64,000 nt of DNA, from positions 160,529 through 224,528 of the IMG/VR virus record IMGVR_UViG_3300044712_001462; one strand, 5' to 3'. The notes beneath the pieces were generated by a model. It did not search any database. It worked only from the letters and a program-made list of their open reading frames with translations, and had not been told where the DNA came from. This document shows positions 1 to 9,138 of this stretch, piece after piece. Both the position numbers and the translations under genes were made by a program. Within the stretch, counting starts at the first letter, position 1; every line of letters begins with the position of its first letter.

Positions 1-678
1 GTAGTAATCATTCTTGTCTCGAATGTGCTCTGGATCCTTACAGAACCCAAAGTGCAAACACACTGGCCCAGCTATCTGCCAAGCATCATCAGCAGAAACT
101 AACCGTCTATCGTGCACGCGCAGACCAAAATCCTGTAACGGATGCGTACCTCGCTCAGGGTAATTGTGATTCTGTCGATACCGGTCTCCCGAACGCACCC
201 GCCAGAACCGGATATGCTCGATGTCGTAATACCCGCCGGTAATGAACTGATCTGTTGTCTTCCAGAAATGGAGTGACGGAAACCGCCACGCCCACTTCGA
301 GTCGTCCTGCCTTATCTGTTTGATAATGGCAGACAGCTCATCTCGACGATAGAACTCATCAGCATCAACCGCGATCAGCAACCCAGGCGTGACATTCTCC
401 ATATACCGATTACGAAGCTCACACTTAGCCTGGGCCCCTCCAGTTGAAGTCCAACCATGCTGGATGAATCGAATCTTCTTATCTGGGTCTGGAAAATCTC
501 GGACCAGGCTAGCTGTCTCATCAGTTGACAGACCATCCGATGTCACTCGTGTAGCCGGATACAGTCTGTCTGCTCCCTCCACGACTGTAATGCTATCAGC
601 CAGCGGATAGTGCTGCTCCAGGTTACGCGCAATGTACTGAGCCTCGTTTAACACGATCATACCGATCGATACGTGCAC
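1..678 (-). CDS. GT2-like (GT-A fold) glycosyltransferase, 3' end truncated by window edge
   Basis: Not in ORF track; translated by hand. GTG at 678 after a GGAG SD gives (M)HVSIGMIVFNEAQYIARNLEQHY...VVEG...DGLSTD...IAVDADEFY (DxD motif), open to base 1. Confidence 0.8.
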   Translation of the reverse strand, partial: MHVSIGMIVLNEAQYIARNLEQHYPLADSITVVEGADRLYPATRVTSDGLSTDETASLVRDFPDPDKKIRFIQHGWTSTGGAQAKCELRNRYMENVTPGLLIAVDADEFYRRDELSAIIKQIRQDDSKWAWRFPSLHFWKTTDQFITGGYYDIEHIRFWRVRSGDRYRQNHNYPERGTHPLQDFGLRVHDRRLVSADDAWQIAGPVCLHFGFCKDPEHIRDKNDYY

Positions 679-687
679 GGCAGTCTC

Positions 688-1692
688 CTAACAGATAGCA
701 TTCAACCAAGCTTCCACATGATCTTCTGGCCTGTGTTTATCCGCAGCCCCAGGCCTTACAGCAGGTAAGGGTCCGCGCATAGCTGCACTAAGCTCAGCCA
801 CACTACCCAAGGACGTTACTATCAGTCCGGGTGTGTCTGGTGCTTCCAGAGCCGCGCTACCTACATCCGAGACAATTACCGGACGTCTACGAGCCAAGGC
901 TTCGGCAATGGTTAAGTCATACCCCTGTCCATAAGCTGTCGGTACCACTAAGGCGTCCACTCCGTCATACACAGCAGGCATATCCCGACGTTTGACATTC
1001 GAGATTGTGGATAACCTCACGCCAGCCAACTGTGCTGCTTCGGCTGCTGTCTCAAATAACCGAGTTCCCTGTCCCGAAATAGAAGCGCACAGAAAAGTAT
1101 CCTGACGCTTAACAGGAGCCGTCGGAGAACGGAAAAAGTACCCAGGAATCGGGTTGTAAACCAACTTAGCCTGGGGAAGACACATGTAGTGCCTGAGCAT
1201 CTGATACTCGTGACGACTGATCCCTAGCACCGTATCAAAAGTAGCTAGAGCCTTACGTTCCCGAAGCATACCAGGCGCATCAAACCGGGGCTCCTCGCTC
1301 GTCTTACCTAGCCAGTACAGATTCCACTGGGTCAGAAACGATCCCCAGCCAAAACCGTGTAACGTACAGGCGGTTGTCGTATTCGGTAAGTCAGCCCACC
1401 AGGTCCTGTGTACATCTAGGGAGTCGCAATGCACGACGTCAGGCCTGATTCGCTCACAGAATGCGCGGCATCCTTCTGCAAACTCTGTCGAATAGACATG
1501 CGGCTCACAGTCAAGATGGTGAACAACCAGGTTAGTTACCTGTGTTACTGCCTGTAATGTTGGATGTCCGGTAGTTAAAACAAATACCGTATGTCCGGCG
1601 GCAGCCAGCGCTTCCGCTCTGTCCTGAACCACAAACGGCATCCCACCACTACGATGTGTAGGATATACCCGACAGACAAGTATGATCTTCAT
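688..1692 (-). CDS. GT4-like (GT-B fold) glycosyltransferase
   Basis: N-terminal MKIILVCRVYP..SGG, RPDVVH; C-terminal QGYDLTIAEALARRRPVIVSDVG (E-x7-E-like motif). Confidence 0.85.
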   Translation of the reverse strand: MKIILVCRVYPTHRSGGMPFVVQDRAEALAAAGHTVFVLTTGHPTLQAVTQVTNLVVHHLDCEPHVYSTEFAEGCRAFCERIRPDVVHCDSLDVHRTWWADLPNTTTACTLHGFGWGSFLTQWNLYWLGKTSEEPRFDAPGMLRERKALATFDTVLGISRHEYQMLRHYMCLPQAKLVYNPIPGYFFRSPTAPVKRQDTFLCASISGQGTRLFETAAEAAQLAGVRLSTISNVKRRDMPAVYDGVDALVVPTAYGQGYDLTIAEALARRRPVIVSDVGSAALEAPDTPGLIVTSLGSVAELSAAMRGPLPAVRPGAADKHRPEDHVEAWLNAIC

Positions 1693-2192
1693 TTACGCGT
1701 GCCCCTTAGACAAGCCACAAAATTCAGAGTCAATCTACCACTATCCAGCGAACCAGCGTCATAAGCATGGAAGTCTAGTAGCGCCGGGCCCAGCATAGAC
1801 AGATCAAATACGCCTGCTCTGGTGTCTGGTCCAAATGTATACCGCATCTTGTCGCCATCCGGACCTAAACCGTTCTCTCCGCGATGTCTGAACAACAGGT
1901 CCTGAATCCAAAAGCGTTTGCAACACCCCAGCACATTGGAGAACCACCTGCCAGGATCCGGCGAATAATGAAACACATTACAAGCCACAACCAGATCCGT
2001 TAACTCTCTGCCTTGGTTATTGAGATCCCAGTCACTTACTCGCCAACGTAGAAACTCAGCCCTTGGATATAGATTACTAACAATGCGACACTGGCGATCG
2101 TTCAACGATAACCCAATAATCTTGCTGACAGGCTCTTTGGACCACTTGAGAAAATATCTCTCGCAAGCCTCATAGTCCTGGTCTACAGCCAT
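1689..2192 (-). CDS. SAM-dependent methyltransferase-like protein
   Basis: DLVVACNVFHY motif typical of class I MTases; glycine-rich motif I is degenerate; lies inside the GT cluster. Confidence 0.45.
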   Translation of the reverse strand: MAVDQDYEACERYFLKWSKEPVSKIIGLSLNDRQCRIVSNLYPRAEFLRWRVSDWDLNNQGRELTDLVVACNVFHYSPDPGRWFSNVLGCCKRFWIQDLLFRHRGENGLGPDGDKMRYTFGPDTRAGVFDLSMLGPALLDFHAYDAGSLDSGRLTLNFVACLRGTRK

Positions 2193-2797
2193 TCCAGCAC
2201 CTTCTCTACGGGTACTAACAGTGTTCGAATCCGTTCCACGAGATCTCGAACAGGTTTTGGATCAGTCTCCCAGGGCACATGCAGAGTAAGGACTAGCGGG
2301 TACCCAAAGGTCGCCGGGATCCTCTCTACTAACTCGGAAGCTCGTCCATATAGCTCTTTACAGGCAGGCATGTAGACCGCTGCGCCAACCCGAGAAGGTA
2401 GGCAACTAGACGAGATATTTCCCTCATAACCTCCCAAGAAGATTGAGCCACCAGCTTCTGACCAGTTAAGGACTGTCTGTCGCGTATAGGCGTTGAATGG
2501 TGGAATGTACACCCCTGTCTGAAGCTTTAACCTAGACTCGCGCATTCTGTCCGCCGAGACATCTGCTCCCCGAGTATGGTCGTAGCCATGAACCGACCAC
2601 CGCTCTGGTTCCTGCAGATCGACACGCGCCGCAGCTCCCGGCTCCAACCAAGCCGGTACTGCGCCGTAAATGGCTGGTGTGCCTATCAGACCACAAGCAC
2701 CCCTCCACCAGTCAAAATAACGCAGAGCGCCATCCGATCCCTGTTCCGGCTTGTCTCCCTCTCGTCTCCCTACGTCATCAATCCGTAAGACAATCAT
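2183..2797 (-). CDS. Polysaccharide deacetylase-like (CE4/NodB-like) protein
   Basis: LRIDDVG, HGYDH, YIPPFN and LTLH motifs. Confidence 0.7.
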   Translation of the reverse strand: MIVLRIDDVGRREGDKPEQGSDGALRYFDWWRGACGLIGTPAIYGAVPAWLEPGAAARVDLQEPERWSVHGYDHTRGADVSADRMRESRLKLQTGVYIPPFNAYTRQTVLNWSEAGGSIFLGGYEGNISSSCLPSRVGAAVYMPACKELYGRASELVERIPATFGYPLVLTLHVPWETDPKPVRDLVERIRTLLVPVEKVLEWL

Positions 2798-3744
2798 GCT
2801 GCCTCCACAAGCGCCCTAAACGATTCCTTCTTCTGCTCCCACGAACGCTGCTCAGCCCACTGTCGCGCAGCCAGACTAGCTTCTGAAATATCCTTCCCCA
2901 GCCACTTCTGACACAACAGCAACAGGTGGTGCGCATCCGGTAGGTACCAATCTACCGATCGGCCTATCTTTTTGGTCACCGCACGCGAGTTGATCCTGTC
3001 TAGAGCTGGGTATTCGTTCCACGGATTACCGTTCGTGGAGATGACAGGCATTCCACTGGCTGCCGCCTCGAGGATCTCTAAGCCAATACCGTCCACTGAG
3101 TGGGGCACAAGAAGAACATCCCCCTCTGTGTACAGCTCTGCGTTGGACTCAGGACTCGAAGTAGACGCCCAGTCCAGTTTCTTCTGGCTATAAACTGCAA
3201 TAGGTATATCCGGCCAGTTATGCCTCAGCCGCTGCACGAGCCCGCCGCCTTTTCTCCCCAAGTACCCACCGTGCCCGTTGATAAACACAAAACGGCGACA
3301 AACAGTTCTCTGTCTGAATACAAACCTAGTCAGATCTACCGGCCAGGGAAAAAAGACACAGGGCAGCCGATCCTTAAACTGGTTGAAACAGTGTTCAGTC
3401 GGACACAGATAACGAGATACACCCCACTGTCGGGCGCTGTCTGGCAACCACTCCTGCATAGGAATGCAGATAGCAGGGCGACTGTACTCACGGCAGAGCG
3501 CAGGCAGAGTAGCAAAATAAGGGTGTTCGCAGAAAACAACCCTATCTACCTTGTCTCGCACGAAAGAGAGTCCAGCCTGCTCGTCACCGTATGTTGAGTA
3601 CTCCGCGCGATCAGGAGTTGTGGTGGGAAAATCTCGATGTTTCACCACCAGCCAATGGGCTAAATCAACGTGGGAATCAATCTGGCGATTGAGTTCACCC
3701 AATCCCGAAGCGCAGCAATACCCCGCTAATCCAATACGCGACAT
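2794..3744 (-). CDS. GT4-like glycosyltransferase
   Basis: PVDLTRF; DVLLVPHSVDGIGLEILEAAASGMPVIST; C-terminal SWE helix. Confidence 0.8.
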   Translation of the reverse strand: MSRIGLAGYCCASGLGELNRQIDSHVDLAHWLVVKHRDFPTTTPDRAEYSTYGDEQAGLSFVRDKVDRVVFCEHPYFATLPALCREYSRPAICIPMQEWLPDSARQWGVSRYLCPTEHCFNQFKDRLPCVFFPWPVDLTRFVFRQRTVCRRFVFINGHGGYLGRKGGGLVQRLRHNWPDIPIAVYSQKKLDWASTSSPESNAELYTEGDVLLVPHSVDGIGLEILEAAASGMPVISTNGNPWNEYPALDRINSRAVTKKIGRSVDWYLPDAHHLLLLCQKWLGKDISEASLAARQWAEQRSWEQKKESFRALVEAA

Positions 3745-3750
3745 ATCCTC

Positions 3751-3978
3751 TTAATCCAAAACAGGTGGATCGATAATGATTCCCCGAACCACGCAATTAG
3801 GGCGCAGCAGGGGTGGTAACCCTCTCAAGGCAGCTTTGGCTGCGGGGTAGTTATTGAAGACAGGCAAGGCATCCTCTAACCCGTGATGATTCTTCCGCAT
3901 AAAGTCCCACACAGTAATCCAACGATCCTCAGGCGCGAGCCAAATAGAGAACATCCCGGAATACCCGTGATCATCCAC
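3751..3978 (-). CDS. Hypothetical protein
   Basis: Packed co-directionally with the GT cluster; GGAGG upstream. Confidence 0.5.
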   Translation of the reverse strand: MDDHGYSGMFSIWLAPEDRWITVWDFMRKNHHGLEDALPVFNNYPAAKAALRGLPPLLRPNCVVRGIIIDPPVLD

Positions 3979-4058
3979 AATCTGCCTCCATGCTCAGCGA
4001 AGATGATTCTCCCCTGTCTGGGACCTATCTTACTACCCTTCAGCAACTTAGAGCCAGA

Positions 4059-4283
4059 TTAACCACTCAGGCCCATTCCCAGCGGTATAAACACCACACC
4101 TATCTTCGCACACTGAATCGCCATCAACGTGCACACGTAGCTCATCGGATCCTCAAAGTAGAAGAAGCTACACCCCTTCTGTCTCACCGCGTTCACGGGG
4201 TTCGTTGTTAACGCCAGCCACACGAACTGACCTTGTGTCAGCCCAATCATAGCTACGCTCGCCTGGGGAGCACTCATCGTCAC
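4059..4283 (-). CDS. Hypothetical protein
   Basis: Strong GAGGAGG SD upstream; likely first gene of the leftward GT operon. Confidence 0.45.
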   Translation of the reverse strand: MTMSAPQASVAMIGLTQGQFVWLALTTNPVNAVRQKGCSFFYFEDPMSYVCTLMAIQCAKIGVVFIPLGMGLSG

Positions 4284-4389
4284 TACCTCCTCTCGGGTTA
4301 TGTAACTGATATTGCGCTAGGGTCGCACAACCCTTCACACTGGGAAACACAGGCTGATAAATACAAGACACCCAAGCGCTGGTCACAAC

Positions 4390-4701
4390 ATGGATGGAAT
4401 TCCTGTCACCGTCAACCAGAAACGCTGGCGACTTGTATTCCGGCAGTTGGATAAAAACGAACATGGGCGTTGTGATGCGCCTCATGTGAAAAACAAACAA
4501 ATCTCTATTTCTCCCACGGTTCTCAACGACGAGGAACTGTATCTAGCCACTGTCCTCCACGAGATCCTCCATGCAGCCTGTTGGAGCCTCGACGAGGAAT
4601 ATGTAACGGAATACGCCAAAGCAGCAGCGAAAACAGCCATTCGTCTTGGGTTTCGACTCACTGAGGAGCCCCATGGCAAAAAGCCAAAAAACACTCGTTG
4701 A
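4390..4701 (+). CDS. Small HEXXH zinc-metalloprotease-like protein
   Basis: GRCD...ISIS...LATVLHEILHA. Confidence 0.65.
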   Translation: MDGIPVTVNQKRWRLVFRQLDKNEHGRCDAPHVKNKQISISPTVLNDEELYLATVLHEILHAACWSLDEEYVTEYAKAAAKTAIRLGFRLTEEPHGKKPKNTR

Positions 4702-4945
4702 TCTGGCTCGTTCTAAAACTCCTAAACAATCTCCCACGCAAATCAGCTTCATCGACAAACTGCCAGACGAGATTCGTCAACAGCTGCTTGATCTGCGTGA
4801 GCAATTCCTCGCCGGGAATCTAGGCAACTGGACTCCACGAGGACTCTTGGAAGAAATCGTGGAACCAGCCGGTGTGGAGATCGGCGTTTCCTTAGCAACG
4901 TTTCGACGCTGGCTTTATGAGGGACAACGGAAGAACAAGAAATGA
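4673..4945 (+). CDS. Small protein, possible HTH DNA-binding
   Basis: ATG at 4673 after GAGGAG; C-terminal VSLATFRRWL recognition-helix-like segment; ATGA overlap with next gene. Confidence 0.5.
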   Translation: MAKSQKTLVDLARSKTPKQSPTQISFIDKLPDEIRQQLLDLREQFLAGNLGNWTPRGLLEEIVEPAGVEIGVSLATFRRWLYEGQRKNKK

Positions 4946-6222
4946 GAAACACCGGCAGGAAAAACTCAAAGAGCATGGTTGCCACAGCCAAAGAGCTGGG
5001 GAAAAAGAAAGTCATCGACTCACTGGCTAACGACGCCGCGGAAGATACACCTTCTGAGCAGATTAAGATCGTCCCTATCGGCAAAGACGGCCTCGAGCTG
5101 ATCATAGCCGGGCCCACTATCCGTACCGTCGAGGAGGCTCTCAAACGCGCTGAAATCGACTTAGCGATCTGGGACGTTGTTACTCAGGAAGTCAACTCCT
5201 GGGAATGTGTGGGGAAGATTAAGCAGGGCCAGGACGCCAGTGGGCGCTGGAGACGAGAGAAGTTGTGGAAACAGCCGCTCTGGCAGGTCAAAATCAAACT
5301 CCAGAGAAAAGCCCCGAAGCCTATCCAGGAGGCTATCAAAGGCCTGGTGGAGGAGTTCTCAAAGAAGCCGCCAGCACTGCCCAAAGTCAAATACAGTAAG
5401 AGCACCAAGCCCTACATGCTCGAGCTGTCGCTCTTTGATGTGCATCTCGGGAAACGGTGCTGGGGTGCTGAAGCGGGGGCGGGCGACTACGATCTCAAGA
5501 TTGCCGAGCTGGATTACCTGGCGGCTGTAGATGACCTCCTGGAGAAGATTCAGCACTACAAGATCGGCAAGATCCTGATGCCTCTCGGTTCTGACTTCTT
5601 CCAACAGAATAGCTGGATCGCGGAGACGGCTCGAGGAACTCCGGTAGACAGCGTGGATGACCGGTTCCAGAGAGTGTTCCAAGTCGGATGTCGGGCCCTG
5701 GAACATGCCATCAAGCGCTGCCGAGAGGTGGCTCCGGTGCACACCCTGCACATTGCAGGGAACCACGACCCGGCTACTTCGTGGTATATGTGCGAGTGGC
5801 TCAATGCCCGGTTCAACGGGGACAAGCATGTCAGCTTTGACAATGGCCCCTTGTTCCGGAAATATCAGCGCTGGGGTATCTCCCTGCTAGGCTTCACACA
5901 CGAGGCTCTCAAGAACCTGCCATTGATTATGGCCCGAGAGCAACAAGAGGCGTGGGCAGAAGCCAAGCACTTTGAATGGCACGTCGGCCACCTCCATAAG
6001 AAGATGGAGACAGTCTACGTAGCGGGAGATACCTACAACGGGGTGCGCGTAGCTGTGCTTCCCAGCCTATCAGGTACCGACCGCTGGCACCATGAACAAG
6101 GGTTCGTGGGCGGGCTGCGTACTGCGGAAGCCTATCTCTGGGGGACAGACGAAGGCTACGTCGGGCATTTCTCTACCATTGCCCGCACTGAAAGAGCTCG
6201 ACTAGGGTTGAAAGCGGCTTAG
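4942..6222 (+). CDS. Calcineurin-like metallophosphoesterase with N-terminal extension
   Basis: DVHLG, GSDFF, GNHD, FTH and GHLH motifs. Confidence 0.85.
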   Translation: MRNTGRKNSKSMVATAKELGKKKVIDSLANDAAEDTPSEQIKIVPIGKDGLELIIAGPTIRTVEEALKRAEIDLAIWDVVTQEVNSWECVGKIKQGQDASGRWRREKLWKQPLWQVKIKLQRKAPKPIQEAIKGLVEEFSKKPPALPKVKYSKSTKPYMLELSLFDVHLGKRCWGAEAGAGDYDLKIAELDYLAAVDDLLEKIQHYKIGKILMPLGSDFFQQNSWIAETARGTPVDSVDDRFQRVFQVGCRALEHAIKRCREVAPVHTLHIAGNHDPATSWYMCEWLNARFNGDKHVSFDNGPLFRKYQRWGISLLGFTHEALKNLPLIMAREQQEAWAEAKHFEWHVGHLHKKMETVYVAGDTYNGVRVAVLPSLSGTDRWHHEQGFVGGLRTAEAYLWGTDEGYVGHFSTIARTERARLGLKAA

Positions 6223-6398
6223 AAGCCGTACTTCCTCAACAGCTTCTTTGCTGTGACTTTCTGGGCTTCCGTCAGATTCTTACGCTGACGGAAGCACACG
6301 TTTTCCAGAAAGTCTGCCTCAGCCGACGTGACATCGACGTCCACAGCATTGTCTAGCTCGAGTAGCCTATCTTTAAGAGCGCGATCCTCAGCGTTCAT
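6219..6398 (-). CDS. Hypothetical 59-aa protein (below ORF track cutoff)
   Basis: MNAEDRALKDRLLELDNAVDVDVTSAEADFLENVCFRQRKNLTEAQKVTAKKLLRKYGF; converges on the plus-strand island with a 4-nt overlap. Confidence 0.55.
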   Translation of the reverse strand: MNAEDRALKDRLLELDNAVDVDVTSAEADFLENVCFRQRKNLTEAQKVTAKKLLRKYGF

Positions 6399-6415
6399 CT
6401 ACACATCCGTGTGTC

Positions 6416-6874
6416 TCAGTTGTAGTCATCAATGTAGCCGGATCCGTGATACCGAGCCTCAGACTCGAGAACCGCCCAATTCCCTACGTTGTAACCAGGA
6501 TGTTCACCAATCTCTGGCCGGTGCCCGCTGTATTTCACACGCGTCAAATAGCACCGAGAGCAGTATCCGTGTACTTCTCCTACCCCATCCGTATGGTGAT
6601 AGGCTACATGGTCACCACAGAGCTCGCACCCATAAGCAATCGCGCTTAAAGCCTTCTGCAAAGCCCTTCGTCGCAACGAAGTCGTACGCACAAGAGACTC
6701 GTCGTCAAACAGAAACTGCCAGCAAGAGATATCCTTCTCAAACTGGCAGAGTACTCGGCGTAGCAGTGACTCGTCATCTGGCAACATCATCTGCTTGACT
6801 TGTGCGTACTCGGCATAGCGAGCTTGAAGACGCCCATCCTGGCGGGCAGAGAACACAAGTGATACTGCTGTCAT
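6416..6874 (-). CDS. Hypothetical protein with CxxC...CxxC zinc-binding motif
   Basis: CELCGD...HGYCSRC. Confidence 0.6.
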   Translation of the reverse strand: MTAVSLVFSARQDGRLQARYAEYAQVKQMMLPDDESLLRRVLCQFEKDISCWQFLFDDESLVRTTSLRRRALQKALSAIAYGCELCGDHVAYHHTDGVGEVHGYCSRCYLTRVKYSGHRPEIGEHPGYNVGNWAVLESEARYHGSGYIDDYN

Positions 6875-6920
6875 CGTATGTCCATAAATCTAGGGTTGGG
6901 TCCTAACTCCTCTGATAGCA

Positions 6921-7511
6921 TCATTTTATCGACATAGCGTGCGATACCAAAGAGAAACCACACGTATCGTCATAAAACTGTCCCGCCACACAGTAATGCA
7001 GCGCTTCAATTGTTGACGTGTTGTAGATAACCACATCAACACACTCGTCTGGAATCTGCTCAGAGGAATGAGCCGGAAGTCCGTTATCAAAACCCGGCCT
7101 GACGATCTTATAGATCCTCCCGCCGCGCCTGTGAATCGCCTCTGCCTCTTCTACAAACCGCACATCTTTGATCACGTAGTCATCCGGCTCACTATCCACC
7201 AGACGCTCAAAAATCTTTACCCAGCAATCATACCCGTGGATGTCGCGGCCACCCTCGGTACCATAGCGCTGCATCAGGCGTCGAACCTCTGGGTTCTTCT
7301 TCGCCTCATCCCAGCCCACTTCCGATATGAGCTGGGATAAGCGCACGATCTGACCAAGCGACACCGGCACCCACGGATCGACAGCCAGCAAGCCCTTCTT
7401 CATGGCATCCGCAAACGCAAACGGCTTAAACCCCGCCTTGAGAAACGGGATCGCTGCTGTGTCTTTACCATGCTGGGCTTCACCAGCTAGTCCGATCAAG
7501 TGGTATGTCAT
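6921..7511 (-). CDS. Deoxynucleoside monophosphate kinase (T4 gp1/T5 dnk-like)
   Basis: IGLAGEAQHGKDT P-loop, FAFAD, RRLMQRYGTE, DVRF..E, HSSE. ATG at 7511 overlaps an upstream TGA. Confidence 0.9.
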   Translation of the reverse strand: MTYHLIGLAGEAQHGKDTAAIPFLKAGFKPFAFADAMKKGLLAVDPWVPVSLGQIVRLSQLISEVGWDEAKKNPEVRRLMQRYGTEGGRDIHGYDCWVKIFERLVDSEPDDYVIKDVRFVEEAEAIHRRGGRIYKIVRPGFDNGLPAHSSEQIPDECVDVVIYNTSTIEALHYCVAGQFYDDTCGFSLVSHAMSIK

Positions 7512-7696
7512 TTCGTAGTCCACCCGCCATAGTAGCCGGAGTAATGTGGAGAATTACAAATTGCATCCGTGTACGCGCGCATGAGCTCTTCCTGCGCGCG
7601 CTGCTGGTCATATTGCATGCTCAAAGCCGACCAGTCATACGAGAGGGTCGTGGTCTTTGCCGAAATAGCTGAGATAGCCCGCTTAACCGCGGCGAA
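7508..7696 (-). CDS. Putative +1-frameshift extension of the 7683..7892 gene
   Basis: 62 sense codons open from CCC-TTT-C; stop overlaps the dNMP kinase ATG (ATGA). Confidence 0.45.
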   Translation of the reverse strand, partial: FAAVKRAISAISAKTTTLSYDWSALSMQYDQQRAQEELMRAYTDAICNSPHYSGYYGGWTTK

Positions 7697-7892
7697 AGGG
7701 AATTACCCGGACCTCAAGCCGGTCATCCATGTTCACGAATTCCTCAGGCACCAAGCGCATAGCACGAATCGTGGCATGCTTCTCGTCTTTCGCCATTACA
7801 GCGCTGGGCTGCACCACGATCGAAGTGACTCCGCCCTCTTCCTTCTGCTTTTCCGTGGGGTTCAACAATACGATTACCAGATACGGTTCCAT
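7683..7892 (-). CDS. Hypothetical 69-aa protein ending LEVRVIPF
   Basis: GAGAGG SD; operon-consistent position. Confidence 0.7.
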   Translation of the reverse strand: MEPYLVIVLLNPTEKQKEEGGVTSIVVQPSAVMAKDEKHATIRAMRLVPEEFVNMDDRLEVRVIPFRRG

Positions 7893-7906
7893 CTTTTTCT
7901 ACCTCT

Positions 7907-8485
7907 CTACTTCACAACGTTGTTTCCGGTGGCGGCGTACACAGCCTCCACCTGACCAATAATTGATTCCTGAAAGCTGTTAAACCTCTTTGATAAGAGA
8001 CCTTGCAGCCTGATAAGCTCTTCAATCCACTTCGCACAATCATCCGTGAATTGCTTGTCTGTAGCGATACGATTACTCCACCTAGCTAGCACATCACACC
8101 TGCGTGCTTCGCTGATATCGAAATCCTTTTCAAACCGATCTCGTTCCTCTGTCATCTCCGACAGACTAAGTTCAAGCTCCTCAATCCGTTCCCGCCGTTC
8201 CCGCTCAACTGCATAAGTCTGGCGTGCGATGTCCCAGGCCTTCTGAATATCATCACGCTCTGCGGTCAGCTTGTTGACCTGATCTGCCAACATCGCGATC
8301 TCTGACTCGCGCTTCACCAGAAGATCTGACTTATCCGCACACTTGCGCACGATGGCGTTAGTCACATCGAGCTGCTTCTCAAGCTCCTTCACGACCTTGT
8401 TGTACCGGGCCTGCATCGCTATCAGATCGCCCTGGTAGTAATCCTCTCTCCGCCACCGCTTCAAAAACCGCTTGCACCAATTCAC
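7907..8485 (-). CDS. Coiled-coil hypothetical protein
   Basis: Heptad-rich E/K/R/L composition; ATGA overlap with upstream gene. Confidence 0.65.
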   Translation of the reverse strand: MNWCKRFLKRWRREDYYQGDLIAMQARYNKVVKELEKQLDVTNAIVRKCADKSDLLVKRESEIAMLADQVNKLTAERDDIQKAWDIARQTYAVERERRERIEELELSLSEMTEERDRFEKDFDISEARRCDVLARWSNRIATDKQFTDDCAKWIEELIRLQGLLSKRFNSFQESIIGQVEAVYAATGNNVVK

Positions 8486-9138
8486 TGGGCATCTCCTTCC
8501 GCGGACATCTGGGCCCGCTGCTCATCCGTATAGCTCAGCGCCGAGGTGTATACCGCTCGATCCAATCCAGAATCCTGCAGCATGCGACTGCGCAGCACAT
8601 TCCCAGAGGATGCCGCATACACGCCTTTTACGCCAGCTGAGTTGTTCACAAACGAAGCCGACATGTGTTGGCTCATTCCAAGTGCACCAGACGTAGCAAA
8701 GGCATCGATGTTCGCACCCAGGAACAGGAAGGACCAGTTATCCTTCTCCTTGTCCGCCAGCAGCTGCTTTACGCGCTCAAGAGAGAACTCGGTAGACGAG
8801 TTTTCCTCGCCATCCGTAATGATCATGCAGATCACTTCCGGCTTAGTACTCGCCTTATTAATGCGCTCCGTCACATGAGCCACGCCCAAGCCAATGGCGT
8901 CTAGGAGCGGCGTACCACCCCGAGGCACCAACGTAATGTCCTTCACCTCGTCCAGCCGAACTCCATCATAAACCACTTCCCGCGGATTCACGTTGTCGAA
9001 CTGAATCAGCGTAAACCGAACGTCTCCATCCAGCTTCTTCTGGTCTTCTACAAAGCTCCGTAGCCCACCCTCGTGATCCGACTTCGCCGACTGCATCGAA
9101 CCTGACCGATCAAGGATCACCACAATCTCAGTACTCAT
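8482..9138 (-). CDS. von Willebrand factor A (vWA) domain protein
   Basis: MIDAS DRSGSM, RGGTPLLDAIG, IITDGEENSS, FLFLGAN. Start reassigned to ATG 9138 after GGGAG. Confidence 0.9.
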   Translation of the reverse strand: MSTEIVVILDRSGSMQSAKSDHEGGLRSFVEDQKKLDGDVRFTLIQFDNVNPREVVYDGVRLDEVKDITLVPRGGTPLLDAIGLGVAHVTERINKASTKPEVICMIITDGEENSSTEFSLERVKQLLADKEKDNWSFLFLGANIDAFATSGALGMSQHMSASFVNNSAGVKGVYAASSGNVLRSRMLQDSGLDRAVYTSALSYTDEQRAQMSAEGDAQ

